NCBI GenBank assembly: GCA_964532725.1
Contig: CAZHKN010000001.1
Coordinates: 561 to 64,560, forward strand
DNA: 64,000 bases
DNA from: an uncultured Terracidiphilus sp.
GTDB taxonomy: Bacteria > Acidobacteriota > Terriglobia > Terriglobales > Acidobacteriaceae
Reading direction: 5' to 3'
Below the pieces are notes generated by a model, which did not search any database, was not told the DNA's origin, and saw nothing but the letters and a program-made list of their open reading frames with translations. A program made the translations under genes and the position numbers. This document shows positions 45,226-55,355 of the stretch, in pieces. The stretch's first letter is position 1, and every line of letters begins with the position of its first letter.

Positions 45226-47280
45226 CTACTGCGCGTTCAACACCAACTGCTGCTGATCGCCCGCTGCTACTTTCAGGTAGAAATCGCGCAACTGCCCGTA
45301 ATCTTTTGCTTCGAGCAACGTAAAGCCGCGCGCCAGCAGCCGGAAGGTGGCAATCGATGTGGCATCGGCCTTTGATTTCACCGAATAGGAAGCGTTGTTT
45401 TCCCAAGCGAATTTGTTGTCCTGGGGTGTTTCTGCCAGTGTGAATCCGGCAGGGAACTGATAGGTAATCTGCTCCTGAACTTGCTCGGCGTAGTGCGCAT
45501 CCACCGGCAGCACGCGCGCGTCCTCGGCGGGGAAGGGAACTATCGCCTTGCTGTCAAAGAAGAGCCGCGGCAGAATCATCCGCTTGCCGGTGAGCGAACC
45601 CAGAGTGCCGGATACCTGCACCAGCGCGACCAGTTGCACAGCAGGCTGATCCAGTCCGGCGATGCGGTCAATGTGTATCTGTACCCCATCTGGGGCTTGC
45701 TTCGTCAACTCGCCTTCCAGCCGCTCCTTCACCGTATCCGCGCTGCTGCGCAGCGCCTGCTGACGCCAGTGCAGCGCCTCCTGGCCGGTAAAGCCAACCT
45801 TGAGCGATCCGCTCACGCTTCCGTCCGGCGCAATTGTCAGCTTGCCCACGCGGATGGTGTTATTGTCGCCGAACTCCGAGAGCGGAGTAACAACGTTCTC
45901 GATCTTGCCGTCGGCTGCCATGGCAACACCGCCCGCTCCCGTGTGCGGCCAACTGAGTGTCTGGAACGGAGCCATCTTCGCACCGGGATCAACTTCGATA
46001 TGTTTTCCGTCGATGTTCAGGCCGATCACTACGCTGTCCAATTGGCCCGCGTTCAGATAATTTGAATCAAAGGCATGGCGGTTTCTGCTGGAGATCCGCT
46101 CCGCGCGGGCATCCAGTCCCGCTGCCTTGGCTAACGCCAGATACAGCAAGGCAATTTCTCTGCTATTTCCGCTCTTGTTCTCCAATACTTTTTCCACGCT
46201 GCCCGCGGGAATCCTATCGGCCGAGAACGAGAACTCCTGCCTGCTCGAGTAATCCGTATTATCCAGCTTTTGAACCAGAGCATATATTTTTTTTGCTTTG
46301 TCGAGCGCGGTGTCCGCCGGCGCAACCGCCTCTGCCGCTGCCTGCTTGATAGCCGGTGTTGGCGCGGTGTATGCATTCACATCCTTATCCCAGAACAGCA
46401 TTTCATCGCGCCAGAACTCCTTGGCCACAAAGGTTGGGGAATAGTAAAAATTCACGTGTATAGCGTGGTCTGTAACAGGCGGCGAGAAAGCCTCTTCAGG
46501 AAGCGCGGGGAGATCGGCGATTTCGAGATCGTAACCTCCAGCAGCCGTGGATTGAACAGTTTTTCCATGCGGCAGGTTGCTGGTGATCAGTATGTCGTTG
46601 AGCGGACGCCCGTGGCTATCCATCAAGAAGCCGCCAACTCCGGCTCCGTTGCCCACGGACGGACGAAAAATGATCGCCGGCAAAAAGCTGTAGTGCGCCT
46701 TGTGCACATAGTAGGGCTGCTGAATCTGCCAGAAGGGGGCGGAAAGAAAGCGGTCGTAGCGTAGCTGGTAGTAGTACTCAAGGATGCTGCCGACCTCCAC
46801 GCTGGGCAGGTTGAAGGTCATGGTGTTGATCTGGTTGCCGCCCTTGCTCACGGCCATCAGATCCGCCGGAGTTGTCGTCAGCGGAATCACCGTGCCGTCG
46901 GGATGGATGGTTCTGCCGGAGATAGCGGCAACCTCAAAATGCCCGCTGAAAGTATCGAGATCGTTGGGACGGCTTTCTGCCTCGCGGTTGCCGGCGTTGA
47001 TATTGTAGGAAAAATTCCGCTCGTAGCCAACGATCACTGTCGCCAGTTCCTTGCCCTTTTCCGTCAGCACTTTGATGCGAACGTGAACGGCGCGGAAATG
47101 CTTTTCGTCGTCCTCGGTTTCTTCCCGGAAGAGGTAGACTGCCGCGGCACCCGGCGCTTTGGCGTCGCTGGTCATGCCGAGTTCGCTCTGTGTAGGCGCG
47201 GTAAGTTGCCCGTAGGAGTAAAGCGGCGCGGCGGCAATAACCAGCATCACCCCATATTGCAAAATATTCTTGATTGACAT
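45226..47280 (-). CDS. DUF3857 / transglutaminase-like domain exported protein
   Basis: Signal peptide; AVYLFREE...RIKVLTEKGKELATV...GRTIHPDGTV...FNLPSVEVGSILEY; transglutaminase-like VLENKSGNSREIALLY. Confidence 0.87.
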   Translation of the reverse strand: MSIKNILQYGVMLVIAAAPLYSYGQLTAPTQSELGMTSDAKAPGAAAVYLFREETEDDEKHFRAVHVRIKVLTEKGKELATVIVGYERNFSYNINAGNREAESRPNDLDTFSGHFEVAAISGRTIHPDGTVIPLTTTPADLMAVSKGGNQINTMTFNLPSVEVGSILEYYYQLRYDRFLSAPFWQIQQPYYVHKAHYSFLPAIIFRPSVGNGAGVGGFLMDSHGRPLNDILITSNLPHGKTVQSTAAGGYDLEIADLPALPEEAFSPPVTDHAIHVNFYYSPTFVAKEFWRDEMLFWDKDVNAYTAPTPAIKQAAAEAVAPADTALDKAKKIYALVQKLDNTDYSSRQEFSFSADRIPAGSVEKVLENKSGNSREIALLYLALAKAAGLDARAERISSRNRHAFDSNYLNAGQLDSVVIGLNIDGKHIEVDPGAKMAPFQTLSWPHTGAGGVAMAADGKIENVVTPLSEFGDNNTIRVGKLTIAPDGSVSGSLKVGFTGQEALHWRQQALRSSADTVKERLEGELTKQAPDGVQIHIDRIAGLDQPAVQLVALVQVSGTLGSLTGKRMILPRLFFDSKAIVPFPAEDARVLPVDAHYAEQVQEQITYQFPAGFTLAETPQDNKFAWENNASYSVKSKADATSIATFRLLARGFTLLEAKDYGQLRDFYLKVAAGDQQQLVLNAQ

Positions 47281-47509
47281 GCTTTCCTTCTTGGGCGGTC
47301 AGTTCCCTCGGCGTAAGCCGGGAATAGAACGCAGATTGGCGAGGATGTGAACAGCCTTTACAACTATCGGTGACCGCCCCAGCGCCCGACAAGAGCAATT
47401 CCGGGCGCAGCGGGAAGAATCACCTGCCCCTGTGCTGGCAATCACTTCAATTGCCGCCCGCGGCGCCTGTCCCCAGCTGTCGTATTCTGTGGTCCGGGAG
47501 TTTTTCACG

Positions 47510-49132
47510 ATGTTTTCATTGAATCGGCCATCGAAAGCGCTGTTTCTTCTGGCCAGTGGCCTGTTTGTTTCCGCGGTAGCCCACGCGCAGTGCAAGCTCC
47601 CGCCGCAGTTAGATGCCAGGCTGCGCGCTCATCCAACCGTTGACGCCGCCATTGATGCCGGAAACTGGTTTGGCAGCCATCAGCAATTCGATTGCGCGGT
47701 CGATATCTTCCGCGCGGCACTGAAGACCGATCCAAAATCCGCGCAGCTTTACTATCTTGAAGGCCTGGCCCTGGCCGGAGGCAAGCATCCGGATCAAGCC
47801 ATCGAAGCCGTCAAGCAATCCACCGAGTCAGACCCCAAAGTTATCAAGCCGCATTTGCTGCTCGCCTCTCTCTATCAGCAATCGGGCCATTTTGGCGACG
47901 CAGAAGAGGAGTGGAAAAAGGCGCTGGCCATCGACCCGCGTTCCGAGACCGCTCTTGAAGGCCTCAGCAGCGCATTGCTTGAGCGCAAAGACTACATCAG
48001 CGTGGCCGGCCTTTTGCAGCACGCGCCTCGCACCGAACCGCTGGCGCTGGCGCTTTCAAAAGCATTTGGCCTGCTCAACTACTATGACGCGGCCGCGGAT
48101 GTACTCAACGAGGCAATCAAGCTGAATCCAAAATCCGCCGCGCTGGAAAATGCCGAATCGGTGGTTCTGGTCAAGCAGCACAGATACGACGATGCCATCA
48201 AGCTGTTGCAGTCCGCTCTGCAACAGCATCCGGGCGATCAGCAGATCGAGATGCAGTTGCTCCGTGTTGAGGCGCTGACTGACCACATTAATCTCGCAAA
48301 GCCCATCGCCCCAAAGCTGCTGGCTCAGCATCCTCACGATGCGGAAGTTCTCTACCTGAATGGATATGTGGAACACGCCATGGGCAATGACGCCGAGGCC
48401 AAGGCGCACCTGGAGGAGGCGGTCGCGCGCGACCCCGATTTCTTCAGTTATCACTACAAATTGGGAATGGTGCTCGTCACGCTTCACGAATACAAAGAGG
48501 CCAAGGAGCAATTGGAGCAGGCCGTGGCTCTCGGAGACACGGAGCCGAATGTCCATTACCAGTTGGCATTGGCGCTGCGCGGCCTGGGAGAAAAAGAACT
48601 TGCGATCCAGGAGGGCAGTCAATACCAGAAACTCAAACAGGCCGAGGATGATGCCGCGCAAGCCGCGCTCAAAGTGAGACAAGCGGATGGAGAATTGGAC
48701 GAGGGAAAGATCCAGGATGCAATAGCTCTTTACCGGGACGCCTGCGCAACGCTCCCTGAAAATGCGAATTACAAATTCAAGCTATCGATCGCGCTGCATC
48801 GCGCCGGAGATATAGATGGCGAGCGCGCGCAACTGGAAGCAGCAGTAAAGCTCAATCCCCAGATAGCCGGCGCGCAAAAGCAGCTTGGCTATCTGCTCTC
48901 GCGCGCGGGGGACGCCGAGGGCGCCGTGGACCATTTCAAGATGGCCGTCCAGGCTGCTCCCGCATGGACCGATGCATGGATCAGCCTGAGCGCCGAACTT
49001 GCTGTGCAGAGGAATTTTGTAGATGCCCGCAAGGCCGCGGCAATGGCCATGCGCCTGGACCCCACCAACGACCAGGCTATCAAGCTCAGCGAACAACTGG
49101 CCAACGATCCCGCCGCCCAGCAATCGCAGTAG
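47510..49132 (+). CDS. Exported multi-TPR protein
   Basis: Signal peptide ending AHA-Q; many TPRs. N-terminus resembles 42335-43102 (C..P......L...PTVD...D.G..F......CA...F...L). Confidence 0.87.
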   Translation: MFSLNRPSKALFLLASGLFVSAVAHAQCKLPPQLDARLRAHPTVDAAIDAGNWFGSHQQFDCAVDIFRAALKTDPKSAQLYYLEGLALAGGKHPDQAIEAVKQSTESDPKVIKPHLLLASLYQQSGHFGDAEEEWKKALAIDPRSETALEGLSSALLERKDYISVAGLLQHAPRTEPLALALSKAFGLLNYYDAAADVLNEAIKLNPKSAALENAESVVLVKQHRYDDAIKLLQSALQQHPGDQQIEMQLLRVEALTDHINLAKPIAPKLLAQHPHDAEVLYLNGYVEHAMGNDAEAKAHLEEAVARDPDFFSYHYKLGMVLVTLHEYKEAKEQLEQAVALGDTEPNVHYQLALALRGLGEKELAIQEGSQYQKLKQAEDDAAQAALKVRQADGELDEGKIQDAIALYRDACATLPENANYKFKLSIALHRAGDIDGERAQLEAAVKLNPQIAGAQKQLGYLLSRAGDAEGAVDHFKMAVQAAPAWTDAWISLSAELAVQRNFVDARKAAAMAMRLDPTNDQAIKLSEQLANDPAAQQSQ

Positions 49133-49212
49133 TGAAAGGCATTCCCTTGATCGAGGAGGTTGCATAATTGCTCCTCATATGGCGGGAATGGCAGAATGGA
49201 TGAATCCGAAGG

Positions 49213-50994
49213 ATGAAAACCTCTCTGCCCAATACCCGCGCTACCCGACGGGATCTTCTGCGAACGGTTCCCGCGCTCTGCGTTTCGGCGCTGCTGCCCC
49301 GTTCGCTCTTCGCCGCTTCCGCGGAAGCATATCCTGACAAGCCCGTCGCCGCTTCGGTCAAGCCGTTCTCCCGCTTCACCGATATTGCGCTTGCTGCCGG
49401 ACTCACCAAGATGATGCCCTACGGAACGCCAGAGAAGGTCACGTACATTGTTGAGGAGATGGGAGGGGGATGCGCCTTCTTCGACTACGACAACGACGGT
49501 TGGATGGATATCTTCATTCTTGGAGGCCGTACACTGGAAGGCGTTCCTCCGGGCGCATCGAATCGCCTCTACAAGAACAACCGCAACGGCACTTTTACCG
49601 ATGTAACGGAGAAGGCAGGATTACTCGATGCCGGCTGGGCCGTGGGCGTCTGCGTCGGCGATTACAACAACGACGGCTTCGAGGACCTCTTCGTCACCTA
49701 TTACGGACAGAACAAGCTTTATCGCAACAACGGAGACGGCACCTTTACCGATGTGACCGCCAAGGCCGGCTTGCTTCATCCGGCGACCCACTTCGGCGCG
49801 GGATGCACGTTTATTGACTACAACCGGGACGGTTTACTTGACCTCTTTGTCTCCAACTATGTCGAGATCGACCTGGCCCATGCCGCCAAGCCTTCGCTGG
49901 ATATTCCCGACTGCAACTTCGAGGGCTTTCCCGTGGCCTGCGGTCCCAAGGGGCTGAAGGCTCCGCAGCATTATCTCTATCGCAATAATGGCGACGGCAC
50001 TTTTACGGATGTTTCAAAGGAGTCGGGAATCGCGGCGATTCACAGCTCGTATGGGCTGACTGCCGTTTCCTTCGACGCCGACGAAGACGGCTGGCCCGAT
50101 ATCTATGTGGCCTGCGACACGACGTCGAGCTTGCTGCTGCTCAACAATCACGACGGCACCTTCCGCGAGGAAGGACTGATGCGCGGCCTGGCCATCAGCA
50201 GCGACGGCCGGGAGATGGCCGGGATGGGCATCGGCGTCGGGGATTACGACCTGGATGGGCGCCTGGATATTATCAAGACACATTTCCAGCTTCAACCGGC
50301 CGGACTCTACCACAACAGCGGCAAGGGCGACTTCGAAGACGTGGCGATGCAGGCGGGAATCGCCAGCGATCGTCAATATGTCAGTTGGGGAACCGGCATC
50401 GTGGATCTCGACAACGACGGTTTTCCGGATATCTTCTGGGTCACGGGCAATGTTTATGCGGAGCTTGAGCGCAGGAATCCGAAGTTCCCCTACAAAGGTC
50501 CGCGCATCCTCTTCCGCAATCGTGGCGACGGAACCTTTGCCCGCATCCATGACGAGGCGGGGCCGGATATCAATGCCCATCACTGTAGCCGCGGGTGTGC
50601 TTTTGGTGATTTCGACAACGATGGAGATCTCGACATCCTGATCATGAACCAGAATGAGCCGCCCTCGCTCCTGCGCAATGACGCCCCCAGCGGCAACCAC
50701 TGGCTGAAGGTGCGCCTGGAGGGGACCAAGAGCAATCGCAGCGCGATCGGAGCGACCGTCCTTGTCCGTTATGGCGGCAAAGAGCAAATTCAGGTCGTGA
50801 TGAGCCAGTCCAGCTACGTCTCCTCAAACGATCCCCGGCTGCATTTTGGCCTCGGAGCGGAGACCGCCGCAGAGATCGAGATTCGCTGGCCCTCCGGCCT
50901 GGTGGAAAAATTCTCTTCCCAGCCCGCCAACCGGCTTCTCACGTTCAAGGAAGGCGTCGGCATCGTCCCCGGACGGCCATTCGCCCTCGCGTAA
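49213..50994 (+). CDS. CRTAC1-family (FG-GAP/VCBS repeats + ASPIC/UnbV) protein, Tat-exported
   Basis: TRRDLL twin-arginine signal; repeated DYDNDG/GDYNNDG/NNGDGTFTDVT; NHWLKVRLEG..SNRSAIGA...LHFGLG...IRWPSG. Confidence 0.93.
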   Translation: MKTSLPNTRATRRDLLRTVPALCVSALLPRSLFAASAEAYPDKPVAASVKPFSRFTDIALAAGLTKMMPYGTPEKVTYIVEEMGGGCAFFDYDNDGWMDIFILGGRTLEGVPPGASNRLYKNNRNGTFTDVTEKAGLLDAGWAVGVCVGDYNNDGFEDLFVTYYGQNKLYRNNGDGTFTDVTAKAGLLHPATHFGAGCTFIDYNRDGLLDLFVSNYVEIDLAHAAKPSLDIPDCNFEGFPVACGPKGLKAPQHYLYRNNGDGTFTDVSKESGIAAIHSSYGLTAVSFDADEDGWPDIYVACDTTSSLLLLNNHDGTFREEGLMRGLAISSDGREMAGMGIGVGDYDLDGRLDIIKTHFQLQPAGLYHNSGKGDFEDVAMQAGIASDRQYVSWGTGIVDLDNDGFPDIFWVTGNVYAELERRNPKFPYKGPRILFRNRGDGTFARIHDEAGPDINAHHCSRGCAFGDFDNDGDLDILIMNQNEPPSLLRNDAPSGNHWLKVRLEGTKSNRSAIGATVLVRYGGKEQIQVVMSQSSYVSSNDPRLHFGLGAETAAEIEIRWPSGLVEKFSSQPANRLLTFKEGVGIVPGRPFALA

Positions 50995-51326
50995 TTCGCT
51001 TTACCTCACAATGCTCCCCTCACGATGATCGAGAGATCTGTCCATCTAAAGTTGTAGAAAATCTCCAAAAATCCCCCATCTTCCTGCCTGTTTTCCACAG
51101 CGCTTCTCAAAAAAGGAAACGTTTAATATATTTATTTTCAATAACTTACGGAGAGCGCACTCCGTTTCATGAATTTCGGACAAAAAAAAACCTTGCACAT
51201 CGTGTCTTGGTTCTGTTATCGATACCGTGGTTCAAAAATGTATTTGCCCGCAGCAAACCATCCGGAACACCGGAGTGAATACGTTGTTGGCACGACCCAA
51301 ACGGAAACATTCAGGAGGCTTCAAAA

Positions 51327-54300
51327 ATGTTGTCAACTAGACGGAAGGCTTCAAGCCTGTCCTCAGCGCAGAGCTGGTACCGGCGGATTCCATGGCTGCT
51401 GATCCCAGTCATGGTTCTGTCGTTCACACTGGCTCACGCGCAGAATCTGACCGGCACGATCAGCGGCATCGTGACCGATCAGACCGACGCCCGCATCCCG
51501 GGAGCCAAGGTGATTATCACCAACGATCTATCGGGGGACGCCCGTAGCTCGATTGCCGATAGCCAGGGCTTCTTCTCGATCACGGCGCTGCCCCCCGCAA
51601 CCTACACCGTCACTATTTCCTCCAAGGGATTTGTGGCGTGGAAGGAAACGGGCATCGTGCTCAACCAGGGCGACTCTCGTACCCTGCCCAGCATCAAGCT
51701 CAAGCCGGGCGCCCAAGGCGAGGCGATTACTGTCATCTCCGGCCAGGAAGCGGAAGTGCCGGTGGATAACGCCGAGGTGAGCGCGACTCTCAACAACGAT
51801 CTAGTGGATTCCGCAACGCTTACCGGTCGTAACGCAGCTGAATTGATGAAGATGATGCCAGGCGTTGTCTTCAATAACGCCGGTGGCGTGGGTTCCAGCT
51901 ACAACAGCACGACGACTGGAACCAATAACGGCCCAGCCGGAGCGTTTTCGGCCAACGGCACCCAGCCCAACGGTTCCACCGCGATCATTCTCGATGGCGC
52001 CAACCTGCTCGATCCAGGCAATGCCGGAACGCAGATCGCCAATATCAATCAGGACATGACGGACAGCGTGAAGTTCGCCTCTGCCTCCTACGGCGCGGAA
52101 TATGCCAAGGGTCCCGCAGTCCTTGAAGCCTTCAGCAAGAGCGGCGGCCAGAAGTATCACGGCGAACTTTATATCTATGCCCGTGATTCCGCGTTCGGCT
52201 ACGCCAACGATCCGTACAACAAGGATATTGAAGCGTCGAATTACGAGACGTTGAATCAAAACGCGACCGCGTCGCAGATCGCAGCGACCAACAATGTGAA
52301 CCCCCAGCACTTTTACTATATGGGCGGCAATGTTGGCGGGCCGATCTCCTTCCGCGGCTTCAACAAGAACAAGGATAAGCTCTTCTTCTGGGCCGGCTAC
52401 GAGAAGATGCTTCAGGATCCCTACAACACTCCTGTGGTGATGAACGTGCCCACGGCGGCTCAGTTGGGCGGCGACTTCTCTAATCCGGGCGTGAATCCGA
52501 AGGTCATTTCGACTTGGCCGTCTGTTTATGGTCTCCCCTGTTCAAACAGCGGCGGCTGGGAAGGCTGCACGGGCAGCGCTTCTCCCTGGGCTGGGTCTGT
52601 CACAGGTCTGAGCAGCTACTTCGACGCCAACGGCAAAATCCTCAACAGCTTCAATCCGGCAGCGAACACCGCTCCCAATGCTGTCAATGGATGGAATAAC
52701 TACGTATATTCGCCGTCCACTCCCACCAATCGCTGGGAAGCGACCGGGAAGGTGAACTATTCCTTCAACGAGAACAATAAACTCTGGGGTTCGTACGCTT
52801 ACCAGACTGAGAACGATGAGCATCCTCTCTCTATCTGGTGGGCGCCGGAGTGGACTGTTCCCTATCCTGGCAAGCCGACTGCCGTTGAGACAGCCCATGT
52901 CTACCTGGCCAACTTTACTCACGTCTTCAACGCCACCACCACCAACGAGGTGGTCTTCGCGTACGCAAAATTTGTAAACGACGCCTCGATCAGCAACAAA
53001 GCCGCGGTCAGCCGCCAATCATTGGGCTTCGCGCAGCAGAGCGTTTTCGGCAGCCCGGCGACGGATCAGATGCCTAATTCGACCGGTGGATGGAACTCGG
53101 GTTTGACCGAACTCAATGAGTTCGACTTCTACAACAGCGGCATCTATGGAAAGAACAGCTTCGGCAAGACGGCCACGCTGCCGTCCGTCGCCGACAACTT
53201 CACCAAGATCGTCCGCACCCACTCGATCAAGGCCGGCTTCTACTGGGATACCCAGGAGAATCTGCAGGCCAACGGCAGCGACACCAACGGCAACTACGAC
53301 TTTGAGACCTGGGGCGCGTCGTCCACAGGCAACCTCACTCTCGATCGCCTGATGGGCCGCGTATTCGACTACGACCAGTCTAATTCCGACGTGGTGCCGG
53401 ATATCGTGCAGCATCAGTGGTCGCTCTGGGCGCAGGACTCCTGGAAGGCCTCCCGCAAGCTGACTCTTACCCTGGGCCTCCGCGCCGACCACGAAGGACA
53501 GTGGTACGACAAACTGGGCGGAACGCAGGTGTGGGATTTGAATGCCTATAACGCCAACCCCATTGCTCCCAATGCCGGCTTGCTATGGAATAAGATCGAC
53601 TCCAAGATTCCCACATCCGGCTGGGCCAGCCAGTTGTTCTTCTACAACCCCCGCCTCGGCGTCGCTTACGATGTCTTCGGAACCGGCAAAACCGTCATCC
53701 GTGGCGGATTTGGAACCTATCGCTATCAGGTGTCGTCGGGGGACGCTTCCGGCGCAATGAGCGGTCCGCTGGGTTCGTACGACTACAACAGCAACGGCAC
53801 AAGCGGCAACGACGGCTTCTTCGGCTACGGTATTCAGGGCGGTATTGTCTGCGGCGGTGTCAATGTGACGGCTGCAACAAGCACAACCCCCTCAACTTCA
53901 TCCTGCTCGAGCAACACGACGCTCGCTATTCCAAGCGGTTTCAATCAGGATGGCGAGTCAAAGTTCAAGGCGGATTCAGAAGGCGACAAGAAAGTGCCTT
54001 ATGCGGATACCTATAGCTTTGGATTGGCTCAGGCTCTGCCAGCCCATACTGTGATCCAGGCATCCTACGTGGGTTCGGTAAGCCGTAACCAGCTCGAGAA
54101 TGGCGCCAACGGACAGATTCAGGACGCGAACGCGATCAACTTCGGCACTTTCGACACCGAAAAGGATCCGAAAACGGGAGCCTATGAGAACCTTGGCCCG
54201 ATCCTGCCGGCGGCGTATAACATCCCGGCTGACAAGGGCTGGTCTGCCAACGCTGAATCAACCAATGACTATTTCCCGTTGTCAACTTATGGTCATATCT

Positions 54301-55271
54301 GGATTCAGACGCACGGTGGCCACGCCAGCTATAACTCCCTCCAGCTTGCCGCACAAAAGCAGTCCGGCAATCTTTTCCTCTTCACCAACTTTACCTTTGG
54401 CAAGGTGCTCGGCACTCGCGACGGCTCCACCTCCAACGGCAATGGCAACGGCGTCGTCGTCAATCCTTTTGACTTCGAGTCTAACTATGGCCCGCTCGAG
54501 TATGACCACACCAAGTCCTTCAATGCCTCCTACAGCTACAAGCTGCCGAAACCGGTTCACAACAACCTGATCCTGGGCGAAGTCGTGAATGGATGGCAGA
54601 TATCCGGATACACCACTTATCAGGATGGTGTGCCCTATCAGGCTGTCTCGGCAAACATGAACATGAATTATCAGCAGTATCACGACGTAACGGGCAAGGA
54701 AATCGACACCGCATTCACTCAGAATCTTCCGGCTGATGCGTATGCGATCCTGAAGGATAACAACGGCAATGTGGTGGGTTCGCAGATCGACGTTGGCAAT
54801 AAGACCTATGCCATCAACTCAACTACATTCTGGGGTTCAAACCAGCCTGAAAACGGCCTCCAGCCGGTTCTAATCTGCGACCCGCGCCACGGTCTCGGCA
54901 AGGGGCAGTACTTCAACCCCGGTTGCTTCCGCGCGCCGCTGCCTTCAACCGCAACCTCTTACGGCGAAGTCGGCCAGACAGTATGGCCCTATATCCGCAC
55001 CCCGCACTACTGGGGCAGCGATATGGCCCTCTTCAAGGCCTTCAAGATCAATGATGCGCAGCGCGTCGAGTTTCGCGTGTCGGCCACCAACTGGCTCAAC
55101 CACCCCAACGCCGGATTCGGCATCAACGGCAATTCGGACAACTCGCTGCTCTTCAATGGCCTTGCCAGCGGCAGCAACATTATCACCAATTCCAACACCA
55201 GCACTACTGGTATTCCATCTACCAAGACTGGATATCGCTGGATGCAGTTCGGGGCCAAGTACTACTTCTAA
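51327..55271 (+). CDS. TonB-dependent receptor, Oar-like, with carboxypeptidase-regulatory-like N-terminal domain
   Basis: GTISGIVTDQTDARIPGAKV; GRNAAELMKMMPGV; KSGGQKYHG; WAQDSWKASRKLTLTLGLR; NPRLGVAYDVFGTGKTVIRGGFG; C-terminal RWMQFGAKYYF; AGGAGG RBS. Confidence 0.93.
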   Translation: MLSTRRKASSLSSAQSWYRRIPWLLIPVMVLSFTLAHAQNLTGTISGIVTDQTDARIPGAKVIITNDLSGDARSSIADSQGFFSITALPPATYTVTISSKGFVAWKETGIVLNQGDSRTLPSIKLKPGAQGEAITVISGQEAEVPVDNAEVSATLNNDLVDSATLTGRNAAELMKMMPGVVFNNAGGVGSSYNSTTTGTNNGPAGAFSANGTQPNGSTAIILDGANLLDPGNAGTQIANINQDMTDSVKFASASYGAEYAKGPAVLEAFSKSGGQKYHGELYIYARDSAFGYANDPYNKDIEASNYETLNQNATASQIAATNNVNPQHFYYMGGNVGGPISFRGFNKNKDKLFFWAGYEKMLQDPYNTPVVMNVPTAAQLGGDFSNPGVNPKVISTWPSVYGLPCSNSGGWEGCTGSASPWAGSVTGLSSYFDANGKILNSFNPAANTAPNAVNGWNNYVYSPSTPTNRWEATGKVNYSFNENNKLWGSYAYQTENDEHPLSIWWAPEWTVPYPGKPTAVETAHVYLANFTHVFNATTTNEVVFAYAKFVNDASISNKAAVSRQSLGFAQQSVFGSPATDQMPNSTGGWNSGLTELNEFDFYNSGIYGKNSFGKTATLPSVADNFTKIVRTHSIKAGFYWDTQENLQANGSDTNGNYDFETWGASSTGNLTLDRLMGRVFDYDQSNSDVVPDIVQHQWSLWAQDSWKASRKLTLTLGLRADHEGQWYDKLGGTQVWDLNAYNANPIAPNAGLLWNKIDSKIPTSGWASQLFFYNPRLGVAYDVFGTGKTVIRGGFGTYRYQVSSGDASGAMSGPLGSYDYNSNGTSGNDGFFGYGIQGGIVCGGVNVTAATSTTPSTSSCSSNTTLAIPSGFNQDGESKFKADSEGDKKVPYADTYSFGLAQALPAHTVIQASYVGSVSRNQLENGANGQIQDANAINFGTFDTEKDPKTGAYENLGPILPAAYNIPADKGWSANAESTNDYFPLSTYGHIWIQTHGGHASYNSLQLAAQKQSGNLFLFTNFTFGKVLGTRDGSTSNGNGNGVVVNPFDFESNYGPLEYDHTKSFNASYSYKLPKPVHNNLILGEVVNGWQISGYTTYQDGVPYQAVSANMNMNYQQYHDVTGKEIDTAFTQNLPADAYAILKDNNGNVVGSQIDVGNKTYAINSTTFWGSNQPENGLQPVLICDPRHGLGKGQYFNPGCFRAPLPSTATSYGEVGQTVWPYIRTPHYWGSDMALFKAFKINDAQRVEFRVSATNWLNHPNAGFGINGNSDNSLLFNGLASGSNIITNSNTSTTGIPSTKTGYRWMQFGAKYYF

Positions 55272-55323
55272 GTTCCACATGGAAGAGTGCTGGACCGGGC
55301 TGTTGAACCCGGTAGTACAATCG

Positions 55324-55355
55324 AGAAGGGGTGGCACACCGCCACCCCTTCTTTT
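55324..55355 (+). terminator. Intrinsic-terminator-like hairpin after the receptor gene
   Basis: Perfect 12-bp stem AGAAGGGGTGGC / GCCACCCCTTCT with 5-nt loop, followed by TTT. Confidence 0.75.
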
